A stretch of 64,000 bases of DNA from Felis catus (taxonomy: Eukaryota), in NCBI RefSeq assembly GCF_018350175.1, contig NC_058377.1, positions 99,448,001 through 99,512,000 on the forward strand, in the 5' to 3' direction. A program made the position numbers and the translations under genes. Shown piece by piece: positions 21,309 through 37,215 of this stretch; within the stretch, counting starts at the first letter, position 1; every line of letters begins with the position of its first letter. A model generated the notes under the pieces. The model was not told the DNA's origin, did no database searches, and was given only the letters and a program-made list of their open reading frames with translations.

Positions 21309-23755
21309 TCCCAAGCAGGCTCCACGCCATACGTGCAGAGCCTGATACAGGGCCCGAACCCATGAACCTCGAGATCACAACCTAAGCCAAAACCAAGAGT
21401 CAGATTCTTAACCAACTGAGCCATCCCCCACCGCCAAAGTAAGCTTCGTTTTAAAAAAGTTCCTTATGTAAATACCTTGACCCATCAATTTACTTAGATA
21501 ACTAGTCCCACAAGTACGTGCAAAGTACAGGATAGATGAGAACAATTATACACAAAAGATACCAGAGTATAAATACAAACAGCTCCTCACTACATTTTGG
21601 GGGTGAGCCCTGCTTTTTTTCTAATTCAACACTTGTATATAGACCCTTGAAAAACATGGGTTTGAACTATGTGGGTCCACTTATATGCGGGTTTTATTCA
21701 ATAAATACAGTACAATATTGTAAATATTTTCCCTTCCTTATGATTTTCCCAATAACGTTTTCTTTTCTCTAGCTTTATTGTAAGAACACAATACATACAG
21801 TACACGACACGTACAACATACAAAATATGTGTTAACGGTTTTTGTTATTGACAATGCTTCTGGTCGACAGAAGGCTATTTGTAAAGTTTTGGGGGAGTCA
21901 AAAGTTACACATGGAATTTTGACTGTGCAGAGGTTGGCAGTCCTAATCCCCACGTCGTTCAGGGGTTAACTGTGTATTGCACAGTACTATTATATTTTCC
22001 AGGTTTCCTCCCCTAAAAGGGATTGCCTGTGACAACAGCTAACTCGCAGCTGAATCTCTCAGAAGACATCTAAATTCCTACCAGGAATAATAACGTAAAC
22101 GAACACCAGAAAGCCTGAAGGCTCCTTTCTCCTGAACTAGAATGTCCACTAAACATCATATGCAAGTAGCTGAGTATGACGGGCCCCATCCCTCAACTTA
22201 CCCGAGATGATATCAGTGAGCAGATGGTGGGGCAGGTGGAGAAATTCCTCTGTGCTCTGCAGCTGGGCCAGGTGGGCCTTGGCACAGTGTTTGGCGGCAG
22301 TGTACAGCTCAGGATCGCTGTGCCTGTCTGCCAGCCACATCACCTGAAGGCAGTTCCCCACCTGCACGGTGCGGGCCAAGAACCGAGAACATTCCTCAAA
22401 GAGAGACGTCAGCTGATACATGTCTGACACCTCATAAATTTCCTGCAGCTCTTCAGCTCGAAGTTTCACAGTCCCGTGGTAGATATAATCAACCAGGAGC
22501 TGGAAGACAGACTCACTGACATCCTGCAGTACAATTACCCGGTTGTGAGCCTCCTTCAGGTTGGAAGTGAACATGGACCGGAAAAAGCAGCTCTGAGCTG
22601 AGAGGACCAGCCGGTGGAGCTGAAACTCCCGGCCTTCCACCGAAATGGTGACATCAGCAAAGAGCTCTTCCTCCAGACACAGTTTCATGATGCCCTGAGC
22701 CANNNNNNNNNNNNNNNNNNNNNNNNNNNNNNNNNNNNNNNNNNNNNNNNNNNNNNNNNNNNNNNNNNNNNNNNNNNNNNNNNNNNNNNNNNNNNNNNNN
22801 NNNNNNNNNNNNNNNNNNNNNNNNNNNNNNNNNNNNNNNNNNTAATGGGGAATTCACAGTCTATGAATCCAACTGTTCAATTTATGGAGGGAGAAGGTAA
22901 AAGTGAGAGCAAAGTGGGCCAAGATTGGCCTTAGTCCTGGCCCTAATGACATCTCAGAAGCTCTCCTTCAACCGAAGCTGGGTTCATTTTCCTGCAGTGA
23001 CACTCCATTCCTAATGAAATCGATAAAACGTCCTACTCTGGGTGTTTCCGTATAAAAACAATATTCCTTTCCATGATGTAATAAAAACCTGGCTATTTAG
23101 GTCAACACATGAGAGCAAGTGACTGGAGGAAAAGCCGGGCAAAAAGCCTTACTAACCAAATGACTATTGGGCATAAAACTAGTGAGGCTCTGGGCAGGAG
23201 AACCCAATAGACCCCAGCGACCTTCTGGTCGAGGCCCCTCTTCCCCCACGTGCATGGAGTTCAGACCTTCCAATATGAGGCTTGGCCTGGGACATCTGTT
23301 AGCTCCACATTTTCTCTTTTCTGAGCTTCTCCCCCCTCACGCCCTGATGACTTCCCAAGACTCCGTTCCAGAACTAGAGACGAAGCCCCGCCGTCCCAGC
23401 AAGGGGCACTAGTAGGCCTAACGCCAAGTACTGTGTCCCCGCTTCACCTGGAGTCGCCTGGGAAACGGTCGCTAGGGAAACCACTCTTCTCTCCCCCCCC
23501 CCCCCTTCCCCTATCCCCTCCACGCCCCCTCCCGGCCACGCCCGCCGGCCCTCGTCAAAAGCTTAGCTCAGGGAGCGGGGGAGGGGTGTGGAATGTGGAA
23601 CCAGACCCCTGCCCCTTCCCCTCCTCTCACCGCTCCGGTTCATTAGGGTCCTCGCCTTCTCTACAGTCTCTTACCACACCAAACTCGGGCCACGTTCACC
23701 TCACGGCTTCCCCACCTGCCTGCCTCGGTTTCTCACCTGTTTTCCCTCCTTTCAT
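19053..23755 (-). CDS. KBTBD4: Kelch repeat and BTB domain-containing protein 4 (CUL3 adaptor); complement(join(19053..19913,20361..20467,22202..~22819,23737..23755)), 534 aa if exon 2 starts at ~22819
   Basis: BTB/BACK region MKLCLEEELFADVTISVEGREFQLHRLVLSAQSCFF...; Kelch repeats ...DLYVVGGSIPRRMWKC...LLTNLQFVLA*. The exon 2 acceptor lies in N-gap 22703-22842; its position is inferred from the recalled human exon length. Confidence 0.96.
20361..20467 (-). CDS. KBTBD4: KBTBD4 exon 3
   Basis: ACAG|AT...AAG|GTAAGG; (D)GVPCSQNPTEAIEAWINFNKEEREAFAESLRTSLK. Confidence 0.96.
20785..21426. mobile_element. Three adjacent Can-SINEs (-,+,-) in KBTBD4 intron 2
   Basis: SINE heads and tails; long (GA)n. 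Confidence 0.85.
21638..21972 (+). mobile_element. Tigger2a-like non-autonomous DNA transposon (TcMar-Tigger)
   Basis: Degenerate terminal inverted repeats GACCCTTGAA... / ...TTCAGGGGTTAACTG; TTTGAACTATGTGGGTCCACTTATATGCGG. Confidence 0.75.
22202..22819 (-). CDS. KBTBD4: KBTBD4 exon 2 (BTB/BACK); 5' end inside gap
   Basis: ORF 22149..22688; donor TCGG|GTAAGT at 22202/22201. Confidence 0.92.
23737..23755 (-). CDS. KBTBD4: KBTBD4 coding exon 1 (MKGGKT + 1 nt)
   Basis: Minus strand ATGAAAGGAGGGAAAACAG|GTGAGA; resembles recalled human N-terminus MKGGNAD. Confidence 0.8.
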
Positions 23756-23896
23756 TCCGAAGCCCGGAACCCGGAACCTCTGCTTCTAGCCCCGCGTCCG
23801 CCCGGAAGAAAATCAGATGCATGCTTCCGCTTCCGGTCCGTGCCCTTGGGGTTCCGTGTCCTGTGGGTCTTGGATGCCTGGTCTGTAACCTGGAAC
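23756..23896. promoter_or_regulatory. Bidirectional KBTBD4/NDUFS3 promoter
   Basis: Divergent ATGs separated by 141 nt; clustered CCGGAA/TTCCGG ETS (GABP-type) motifs; lies within a CpG island of about 23380-24320. Confidence 0.85.
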
Positions 23897-28904
<5,008 letters not shown>

Positions 28905-28963
28905 CTCCAGGGAAGGCATGTGGATACTGGAAAACGCCTTAATCTATACTAAGCGTCCCTGTA

Positions 28964-28969
28964 AATAAA
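28964..28969 (+). terminator. NDUFS3 polyadenylation signal
   Basis: AATAAA 60 nt after the stop, followed by TTCTTGTGTGCTTT. Confidence 0.85.
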
Positions 28970-30223
28970 ATCCTTAGACTAACCACTTCTTGTGTGCTTT
29001 TGGGTAGAAGTGAAGCTTGACTCGGGAAAGGGAAGATTCAGCAGGGGTTTTTCCCTCTCCCTTAAAGAGACTCTGCCAAACCAGGAATCTCTTTTAATGG
29101 GACTGAATAGTGCAGTTGCAGTCATGGTGACCTGCAAGCCTGGATGTACTTCTGAGGGAGGGTTCTGGAGCTGAAATGGAAAGTTCTCATGGTCCACAGG
29201 GCTTAGGATGGGTGTGGCATGGCATTTCCTAAAAACTGGAGGGCCCTTAACAACTAGAGGAGAAAACTCCTTGTTACAGCCGACCGTCTGGTGGCAGCTG
29301 ATGGATGGAGGGGCCTGGGTGGAACCAGGGAACCCCCCCCCATCTCATCTAAGCATCCACAGGGTTCCATGAGCCATGACTCATTTTTGAGTCTTGAGCC
29401 ATGAAACCTCCTTGCAATCTAACGGCCCATCATGTTTGGGCTAAGGTAATCTTCCTAGACTCTAGCCAGAGCTGAGAATGTTGTAAGCAAGCAAAAGAGG
29501 TCCCAGGACTGGTGCAGAATGTACTCAAAGTACATTCTGCAGGGGTGCAGAATGTACCCCTATCTTCCAGGGGACAGGACTCCCTACCCCAGCCAGCCTG
29601 GGGCTTGTTTGGCTGGTGGCTGAGCACCTAAGTTGGAAGCGCTCGACTCTGCCTGTCCATGAGACCACCCAAACAGCTCACCATGCCATTGGAGGACCAA
29701 TGCAGTTGCAGGACCAAGCTTTGCAGCTGATGCTTTTGGCTGCTGAGGGGCTCCCTGGAGGCTGGGCTGGGCCTGACTGGGTGTTGAAGCCTGAGTTCAG
29801 CTGCAGGATGTTTTGAGGGTGAGGACAGATAGTAAGGTAGCGTTACTGCTGGGCTCTTTCCTACCTCTTGGGGGGTGAGGGGAAGGGTGGGGCAAGCTGG
29901 AGCTGTTTGCTACCAAGCTCCGTTTTCTATTAACTAAGCATCCCGCCCATCTGGGCAGGAATAGGCTGAGGGCTTGACAAGCAGGGAGCCAGGCTTCTAC
30001 TGCCAACAACTTAAGATTCCACTTTTCCATGGGATGGAAAGGTCCTGGGAAGTCAGAGCCAGCCCCTCCCTGTTTAGCATTGAAGGCTGACACACAAAAT
30101 AGGAAACGCCTGAGCCGCCTGCAGTGGAAAGTTGGAGCTGCGGTGTGTGGCAGGCGGATGCAGGAGCAGAGAGCAGCTGGGGAGAGAAAGACTCAAAGGA
30201 CGTGGTGGGGCACAGCTAGGACG

Positions 30224-30296
30224 ATGCAGTTCCTGGATTGGCTAATAGTAGCCACTTGCCTTCTCCCTGGGGTAACTGCAACCCAGCACTATCCAG
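30224..30296 (+). CDS. FAM180B: FAM180B exon 1 (signal peptide)
   Basis: acgATGC start; donor CAG|GTACCG. Confidence 0.8.
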
Positions 30297-31812
30297 GTAC
30301 CGGGGCTTTAGGGTGGGGTGGATGGGAACCAAGGAAGGCTGTCGGCTGACAGCAGTTAAATTTGGTTCTATCTGAACCTAGCAGGGCCTAGAAACTGTGG
30401 GCAAGGTGGGTACCAGACTGACCTGTGCAGCACGTGGTAATGGTCTGGGCCCCAGCCCCAGAATCAGAAAGGTCCAAGTGAAATGAAGGGAGGTAGTCCT
30501 AGGTGCCCTCAGTGCCAGCCCTGGACAGAGCTGGGCAGTGGCCTTATTCTAGGTGTGCAAAGCAGGACCTCCGGACCTGCCCTGGGCTTGGGACAATCAT
30601 TCTAAGGGCTGGGCAGCAGACCAGAGTGAAATGAAGGAAGCTGCAGCAGACAACCCGCCTTGGCCTGGCTTCCCTGGCCTCCACATGAGCACTACCGAGG
30701 AGCAAGGAAGGAGCAGGTTCCTCCAAAAGGGGTCCTCGACCTTTGGGGAGAGTCACTGGCACTATTTGAGATCACACTGTCCCAGATGATTACAGGGAGG
30801 GGAAGTGGGAAGTGAAGTGTCTTGTGACCCAACGGTCTGGAGCTCTTTGCCAAGGGAACTGCAGAAGTTCAAGGAGGAGTCCTGGACACTTGCCGAGGTG
30901 GTATCTGGGTTTGGGATGATGATTTTGGGATCACAAGACTTATGCCTGGGAGGGAGGATGTCAATGTGCATGTGTCTGTAAGGAAAGGAGGACATGGGGT
31001 GGCACTCCTACTCTTTTGTAGATAGAAGAACCACTTGGCATCCCTACCAAGAAGCTAAGGGGCACTTCTGGGAGGCTGGGGTGTTCAGGGTGGAGCTTGG
31101 CAGGGGCCTGACTCTTTTCTGCTGCCCCAGGGCAGCCCATGAACAGAGCCAGCGTGGGAGGTGGCCTGCAGGAGCCAGAGGCCCCGGAAGTGATGTTTGA
31201 GGTCTTTCCTCCAGCCTGGGATACGGGGGTGGGGATGTCCAGAGGTCCCTAAGCTCAGGGTTGGGAAGGGGGATGTCTTAAGCTGGGCCTGCTGGGGGAG
31301 GGGGGCCACCCAGCATGGGTCCTACTGCCTGCTTATGCCCCCCTAGCCCACTCTTGCTCCCTGCCCTGCCCCCACCCCCAGGCCCCAGCCCACCCCTTAC
31401 ACGGCTCCCCTTACAGCTGCTTTGGGCTGGGCTGGAGCTGGATGTCATAGGGCAGCTGCACATCCAGGACGAGGAACTGGCGTCCACACGCCCAGGCCGC
31501 CGACTCAGGCTCCTCCTGCAGCACCACGTGCCCAGTGACTTGGAGGGTGCTAAGCAGCGGCTGCAGCAGTTCCAGGACCTGCGGAAAGGGCCTCCTCTTA
31601 GCCCTTGGGACTTTGAACACCTGCTCCTCACAAGCCTGTCCTGTGTCTACCGGCTCCATAAGGCTAGTGAGGCTGAGGAAAGAGGTCGCTGGGCCCAGGT
31701 CTTCGCCCTGCTGGCACAGGAAACACTCTGGGACCTATGCAAGGGTTTCTGCCCCCAGGGGCAGCCCCCTTCTCTGGGACCCTGGGCCTTGATCCTTGAC
31801 CCCTTTCCCTGA
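30224..31812 (+). CDS. FAM180B: Protein FAM180B (predicted secreted); join(30224..30296,31131..31201,31417..31812), about 179 aa
   Basis: MQFLDWLIVATCLLPGVTATQHYPG|QPMNRASVGGGLQEPEAPEVMFE|LLWAGLELDVIGQLHIQDEELAST...LILDPFP*. Phases consistent (73+71+396 nt). Start codon choice is uncertain. Confidence 0.9.
31131..31201 (+). CDS. FAM180B: FAM180B exon 2
   Basis: CCAG|GG...GAG|GTCTTT. Confidence 0.87.
31417..31812 (+). CDS. FAM180B: FAM180B exon 3 to stop
   Basis: ACAG|CTG; ORF 31315..31812. Confidence 0.93.
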   Translation: MLWAGLELDVIGQLHIQDEELASTRPGRRLRLLLQHHVPSDLEGAKQRLQQFQDLRKGPPLSPWDFEHLLLTSLSCVYRLHKASEAEERGRWAQVFALLAQETLWDLCKGFCPQGQPPSLGPWALILDPFP

Positions 31813-32472
31813 CCCTCCCCAACTCCTACCCCAAGCCACACCCACCCGGGGCAGTGTTCTTTCCACTGTGTTCAGGTCTCTGGCCTTGGATTGTACCCCG
31901 GAACCCACTTTACCCCTTCCCCATTTTCTTCCCTGAGCCCTGGCAGGCTAAGAGCCTGGGTCTCAGGCAGCAGGCACAGACTCGCGGGTGTGTGTATATG
32001 TGTGTGTGTATGTGTGTGTGTGTGTTGGGGTCAGGGTTGAGAAGTGTGCTCAAGAGATGCTGAAAAAGAAGCTGCCCTCAAGAAAGCCAAGTTAGATGCT
32101 CCAACTCCCACCCTGGCAGTCCATAACAAGTCCGGTAGAATCTACAGGAGCCTTGTGAATGCTCAGCACCCAGTCCTAATTTAGATACCCCTTTTAAGTC
32201 CATCCAGTGCTCGGAGTCCCTGAGCCCCAAGTTCCCCATTTGGACTAGCCATAGACTAGACATCTTTAGTCCTGTCTGTTGGAGGAGGAGAGGAGGAAAG
32301 CAGGTGGAGAAACATTACCTTTTCTGGAGGGGGCGGGTGGAGACAGGGAAGCGGATATTTTTTGGTCCATCTCAACAAGGCTCAATTGAACACCTCGAGT
32401 GGGGAGTGAGGCTGTGAGGGCAGAGACAAGCTGAGGTTGGCTGGTGTAGTCCTGATCCTGTGTAGCTATTCC

Positions 32473-32478
32473 ATTAAA
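32473..32478 (+). terminator. Candidate FAM180B polyadenylation signal ATTAAA
   Basis: First AATAAA/ATTAAA seen after the FAM180B stop. Confidence 0.45.
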
Positions 32479-32982
32479 TGTTCTGTTCTGGCCTCCTGGA
32501 GCCTGTGTCCTTCTATGCCAGAGTAAGTTGTTTAACCCTTGTCCTGGGCAAAACACCCTCCCTGTCCTGGGAAGGCAGGAGTTGGGGCAACCAGGTATCA
32601 ACTCATTCCTCACACGCCCTGCTAGAAGAAGGAATGTTCTGTTTCCTTGAATCCCATCCTCCCAGAAAGTTAGCAGGGTGTGGCCCCTTGTCACAAGAAG
32701 GAACCAGCCAGACCCTAAGGATGACGTCGTAGATCAGTGGGAAGGAGTTACAAGGATTTGAAGGGGAGGCCCGCAAGGGGTCGGGTGAATAGGGTTCAGT
32801 TTAATCAAATTCCCATCTCCTCGCCCTCCCAGCGCCTGACCAAACCCTGCCTTCTGCCCTCCGACTCCCACCCCCCGGTCTGCAGTAGTCAGTGCCTTCC
32901 CATCCCACCAGCCCGAGACGACAGCGTCGCAGACAAGACAGAGCGCAGGACCCCGGGCAGACAGGCGCCGACGCAGGCCCAC

Positions 32983-32988
32983 TTTATT
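32983..32988 (-). terminator. C1QTNF4 polyadenylation signal
   Basis: AATAAA about 120 nt after the stop. Confidence 0.85.
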
Positions 32989-33105
32989 GGCAGAGTCAGC
33001 CACACTGGGCGGGCCGTCATGCTCGCGCCGGCGGGGCTTTCAGGCCACGGCCCGGCTCGGCATACACGCCCCGGGCCGCCCCTGGGCTCCTCTCCCGGTC
33101 GGGGT

Positions 33106-34071
33106 TCANNNNNNNNNNNNNNNNNNNNNNNNNNNNNNNNNNNNNNNNNNNNNNNNNNNNNNNNNNNNNNNNNNNNNNNNNNNNNNNNNNNNNNNNNNNN
33201 NNNNNNNNNNNNNNNNNNNNNNNNNNNNNNNNNNNNNNNNNNNNNNNNNNNNNNNNNNNNNNNNNNNNNNNNNNNNNNNNNNNNNNNNNNNNNNNNNNNN
33301 NNNNNNNNNNNNNNNNNNNNNNNNNNNNNNNNNNNNCAGCTTCACGGACAGCGTCTTGCGCGGCAGCTTGCCCAACGTGAAGGAGAAGAAGTAGGCGCCC
33401 GGCAGGCGGCAGCGGAACACGCCGGCCGCCGCGTCGAAGTCGCCGCCGATGTTGACGAGCTCCGTGTCGAAGGCGAGAGGCCGGTGCCGCGGCCCCGGGC
33501 CGGCGTCCGAGCCCACCAGGCTGCGCGTGCGCGCCGCCGAGAAGGCAGAGCGCGGCTCGGGGGGCGCGGGCGGCCCGCGCGCAGGCGCGTCGGCGTCGGC
33601 GTCGGCGTACACTAGGTAGCCGCTGAAGGTGGCGCCGGGGGCTCCGAGAGCGTACTGCGGGGCGCCGTGCAGCCGCAACCACACCGTGTCGCCGTAGTCG
33701 AGCTGCAGCATGGCGCTCTGGCTGGCGGCGCGNNNNNNNNNNNNNNNNNNNNNNNNNNNNNNNNNNNNNNNNNNNNNNNNNNNNNNNNNNNNNNNNNNNN
33801 NNNNNNNNNNNNNNNNNNNNNNNNNNNNNNNNNNNNNNNNNNNNNNNNNNNNNNNNNNNNNNNNNNNNNNNNNNNNNNNNCCTGTGGCCGCGTCGAAGTC
33901 GCCGCCTATGTTCACGTACACCTTGTCGAAGGTCACCGCCATCTCCGATGTGCCCTCCAGGGGGGTGGTGCGTGCCGCCGAGAAGGCAGAGCGCAGCTCC
34001 GTCGAGCCCGGAGCCGGCTCCAGGGCCCAGCAAGCGGCAGGGCCCAGCACGCCCAGCAGGAGTAGCAGCAT
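33106..34071 (-). CDS. C1QTNF4: C1q and TNF-related protein 4 (CTRP4), two tandem C1q domains, about 321 aa
   Basis: Signal peptide [16 protein letters not shown]. Duplicated SAFSAART...[10 protein letters not shown] motifs, with YFFSF visible in the second domain. Acceptor CCAG|GCACCATG at 34076. TGA at 33108-33106 beside a gap. Two internal N-gaps keep frame. Confidence 0.95.
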   Translation of the reverse strand: MLLLLLGVLGPAACWALEPAPGSTELRSAFSAARTTPLEGTSEMAVTFDKVYVNIGGDFDAATXXXXXXXXXXXXXXXXXXXXXXXXXXXXXXXXXXXXXXXXXXXXXXXXXXRAASQSAMLQLDYGDTVWLRLHGAPQYALGAPGATFSGYLVYADADADAPARGPPAPPEPRSAFSAARTRSLVGSDAGPGPRHRPLAFDTELVNIGGDFDAAAGVFRCRLPGAYFFSFTLGKLPRKTLSVKLXXXXXXXXXXXXXXXXXXXXXXXXXXXXXXXXXXXXXXXXXXXXXXXXXXXXXXXXXXXXXXXXXXXXXXXXXXXX

Positions 34072-34233
34072 GGTGCCTGGGAAGGGGGGCGGGCAAAAGG
34101 GGGAGGAGGGTGGGCGGTTGTGCTGGGGGCGCCTCCAAATGCCCAGAGTTCGGAGACTGGGAGACCAGTTATCTTCATAGCCCTGCCCTTGGCCCACAAC
34201 TAGGACTCGGTTTCCTACAGACTTGGACTAGAT

Positions 34234-34423
34234 CAGCGGTTCTCAAACTTCGGCCGGCCTCAGGGTCCGGTAAAGAGCTTGTTAGAACACACATTGTTGG
34301 GCCCCCACCCCCAAATTTCCATTCACTAGGTTTCGGATGAGGCTTGAGAATTTGCATTTCTAACAAGTTCCTGGCAAGGCAGATGCCACTGGTCCAGGGA
34401 CCACACTTTGGGAATAACCATTA
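34234..34423. mobile_element. MER5A-like hAT-Charlie MITE
   Basis: CAGCGGTTCTCAAACTT...GAATTTGCATTTCTAACAAGTTCC...GGACCACACTTTG. Confidence 0.8.
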
Positions 34424-36977
34424 GATTAGGCCAGTGAGTCTCCTTTATTATTATTTTTTTGTAAGCACTGAACTGAACCCCTTTCTCAAGTGAAAGCTCA
34501 CACTCCTGTACCACAGGTCCAAGCAGAAATGCTTTAAGAGGCCTATAGTCCTGTCAGCTGGGTTTACCCCCTCCCCACCTTAGCAACACAGTGGATGGTC
34601 AGGGGTCTCTGAGTTTCCTTCAGCCTGGTTTGCTGCATTTTCTGTGGCTATACTATGGACCTCTGCCTGCCCCTCACTCAGGCACTAGCTCTCTGTACTG
34701 ATGTCCTCCCTGGTGGCCACTGTTTCAACCCCCATCTGGGCAGGACAGGACATAGCTGCTCATTGACCCCTTTCCTGGCCTCTGACCCACTCAAGGGTCC
34801 GCTCCCACTCTGGACTCCCCAGGGGCCCTTCTTGCAGTAAAGAGGCCAGAACAGTTGGGCTTTGACATAGGTCCCTCCCCCCAAGAAAGCGGAGGAAGAG
34901 ACAGTGACTCTCCTCTGGGCTTGAGGGCTGGTCACTGAGGGGAAGGGGAGAACGAGGGGCTGCTGTGAATAGAGCAACAGTTCCAGCAAGGCTTTGGCAA
35001 GATTATGAGCTCAGGAGCTTTGTTTCTCAGCAGCCGTGGAGTGAAGGACTGGACTCCGTTCCTGGCTCTACTGCTTAAATGCTGTGAAACCTAAGGCAAG
35101 TGCCTTAATTTCTCTGGGATTGGCCTTCTTTATGTAAATGGGGAGGAGACCTGCCTCACAATCTTACTGAGGATGCTCTGAGATAGCAGGTGTGAACATT
35201 GTTTGTGAAGGGCATTGTTGCCCAGGTGTGCAGATGCTTCTGTTCTCGGCCTTGAAAAAAGTACTCTGATCAAGTTCTGGACATAAGGAATTAGGGACTC
35301 AGTAACTCCTCCCTCTGGGAGCTTGTGAAGGCAACACTTAACTCCACCATGCTTCTTAGTAGGGCATAGGCTCTGGGGCTTGAATACCCAAAAGCCCTGA
35401 AGTGGAGAGGAAAGAAAGTGAGCTGGCAACAGCCTAGGATTTGGGCTTCCATGGGAGGTGCCCTGGGAGTGTGTGTAGTTTGGTGTCTCTTAGAGACCCT
35501 GGGGCTTGCTGAGAAGGGTTGCCAGGTGCAGTTGCACCCTACACAACGCCATTCACCTTAGGGTACGTGGGCACTGGAATCTAGCCCACATTCTACTTGC
35601 CCAGTGGTGCGGAGCTGCTGCACCTGGGGAAGGAAAAGTGTGCCTCTTTCTAATTTTCATAATAAAGACCCCAAGTCCCTAACCTCGCTGAACCTTCCAG
35701 AGTACATGCCTTTCTTACAAAGGCAGCCCATGGGCTAGCCAATACCCTTGATGAAGGCAGGGAAGAGGGAGGAGACCCGTCTACAGTGGTGAAGATTGCA
35801 CCTCATGAGTATTCCCTTTTACAAAGTTCTTTGGACACATCTGGTCTCACAGCAACCGTGCAAGGCAGGGGGCCCTCTCCCATTTTATAGATGAGAAAGT
35901 CAAGACCCAAACAAGGGGAAGCATTTTGGCCCAAGGTTACCATGCCCACTGAGGCAACCTTGAGCCAAGGTCTTTCGGTTCCAAATTCAGTATGCTTTTC
36001 TCTCCACCATCTTTTCCTCCTAGACATATATATTTCCAGCCAACCTGTCCTTAGCCTCAGTTTCCCTTTTTGCAAAAAGAGGAGGAGAGGTAAGTGAAAT
36101 GAATCTTGGGATCCAGGGCAAAGGAGAAAGAAAGCAAAAAGCAAATAAAACCAACGAGACAAGCAGAAACTCTAGCGTTTTGCCTTCTGGGACTATGGGA
36201 ACATCACTACTCTTCCTGACCCTGCTCCTCCCCTAGCGGGTCCTACCCCAGGAGCACCTGCCCACCCTGCCTTCAACAATCTCCCTGCAGATTCTGGTGC
36301 ACCCCACGAGGGTCAGAGGGTGTTCCTGTGTGTGTACATTACCCAGCGTCTGCCCATTTCTCACCCACCACTGCCCACTTCCCAGGTTCCCTAGGTCCCC
36401 ATCCCTCTTTAAAACCCGTTCCCTGCACAGGTCAGAGGTGGGAGGGTGTCAGGTGGGCCTCAGAGCTCCAGGAAAGGAAATGGCTGATCCTGGCTCTGCC
36501 CAGGTGAGGCTCAAAATAATCATCTCAAAGAGAAAAAACTGGGACACATAGAGCTGGGGCAGACCCAGAGCCCCGGAACCGACGGGGGAGGTGCCGCGAT
36601 GTCAAGCTAAGGGGATCTCAGAGCCCCGCTCCTCGCCAAACCCCACTCCCCAATGACCCCCTCCCTCAAGCCCCGCCAGAACCTCCTCCCACCTTGAAAG
36701 CCTCTCATGTTCCCCAAAAGATAAGTCCCCCTTTTACAGAAGCAATTAATCCTTTCTCCTGAAAAAATAGATCTCTCAGGAAGGGGTACCCCAGACCTCC
36801 CCCCATCCCATCCTTCCTTCATCCATCCCTTCGGAGTGAAAGCCCTTGAGCCTCTTTCATGAAAAGGCTCCCAGGTCCTCCTTTCAGCAAAAAAGGACCC
36901 GACTCCCCCCGCGCCTTCGCCCACCCCCGCTTCCATACGGGAGAAACCTCGGCTCCCCGCCCGGGAGCTGCCCTCAC

Positions 36978-37215
36978 CTGGCTGGGGGCGGCGTTCGGGT
37001 CGGGTTCGCTCCGAGCCCGCGATCCGGCTCCGGGCTCCGGGCGGGCGCCGGGGCTGCGCACTGACCGCCCGCGCTGCGGCGGGGCCGGGCCTGGCGGGGG
37101 CGGCGGCGGCGGGGGCGGCGGCGGCGGCGGCTGCGGGGCGCTGGGACCCCGGGACCCCGGAACCCCGGGGCGGGCGCGGGGCAGCGAGGCGCTAGGGAAA
37201 GAGGACGGCTGAAGA
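36978..37215 (-). other. C1QTNF4: Probable non-coding first exon of C1QTNF4 in a CpG island
   Basis: Minus-strand donor CAG|GTGAGG at 36978/36977; GC/CpG-rich; the coding exon begins at an acceptor, so an upstream exon is required. 5' end approximate. Confidence 0.7.
37093..37131. repeat. Interrupted (GGC)n/(CCG)n trinucleotide repeat, 13 triplets
   Basis: GGC GGG (GGC)4 GGG (GGC)6. Confidence 0.9.

Larger units (their letters stand above)
32760..34100. promoter_or_regulatory. Gene-body CpG island over the C1QTNF4 coding exon
   Basis: Dense CpG in the visible sequence. Confidence 0.7.

Noticed and set aside
32737-34340. Shadow ORFs around C1QTNF4 and an apparent N-terminal extension from 34197
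   Set aside because: GC-rich alternative frames inflated by N-runs. The extension begins at a non-ATG codon and crosses the acceptor at 34076.
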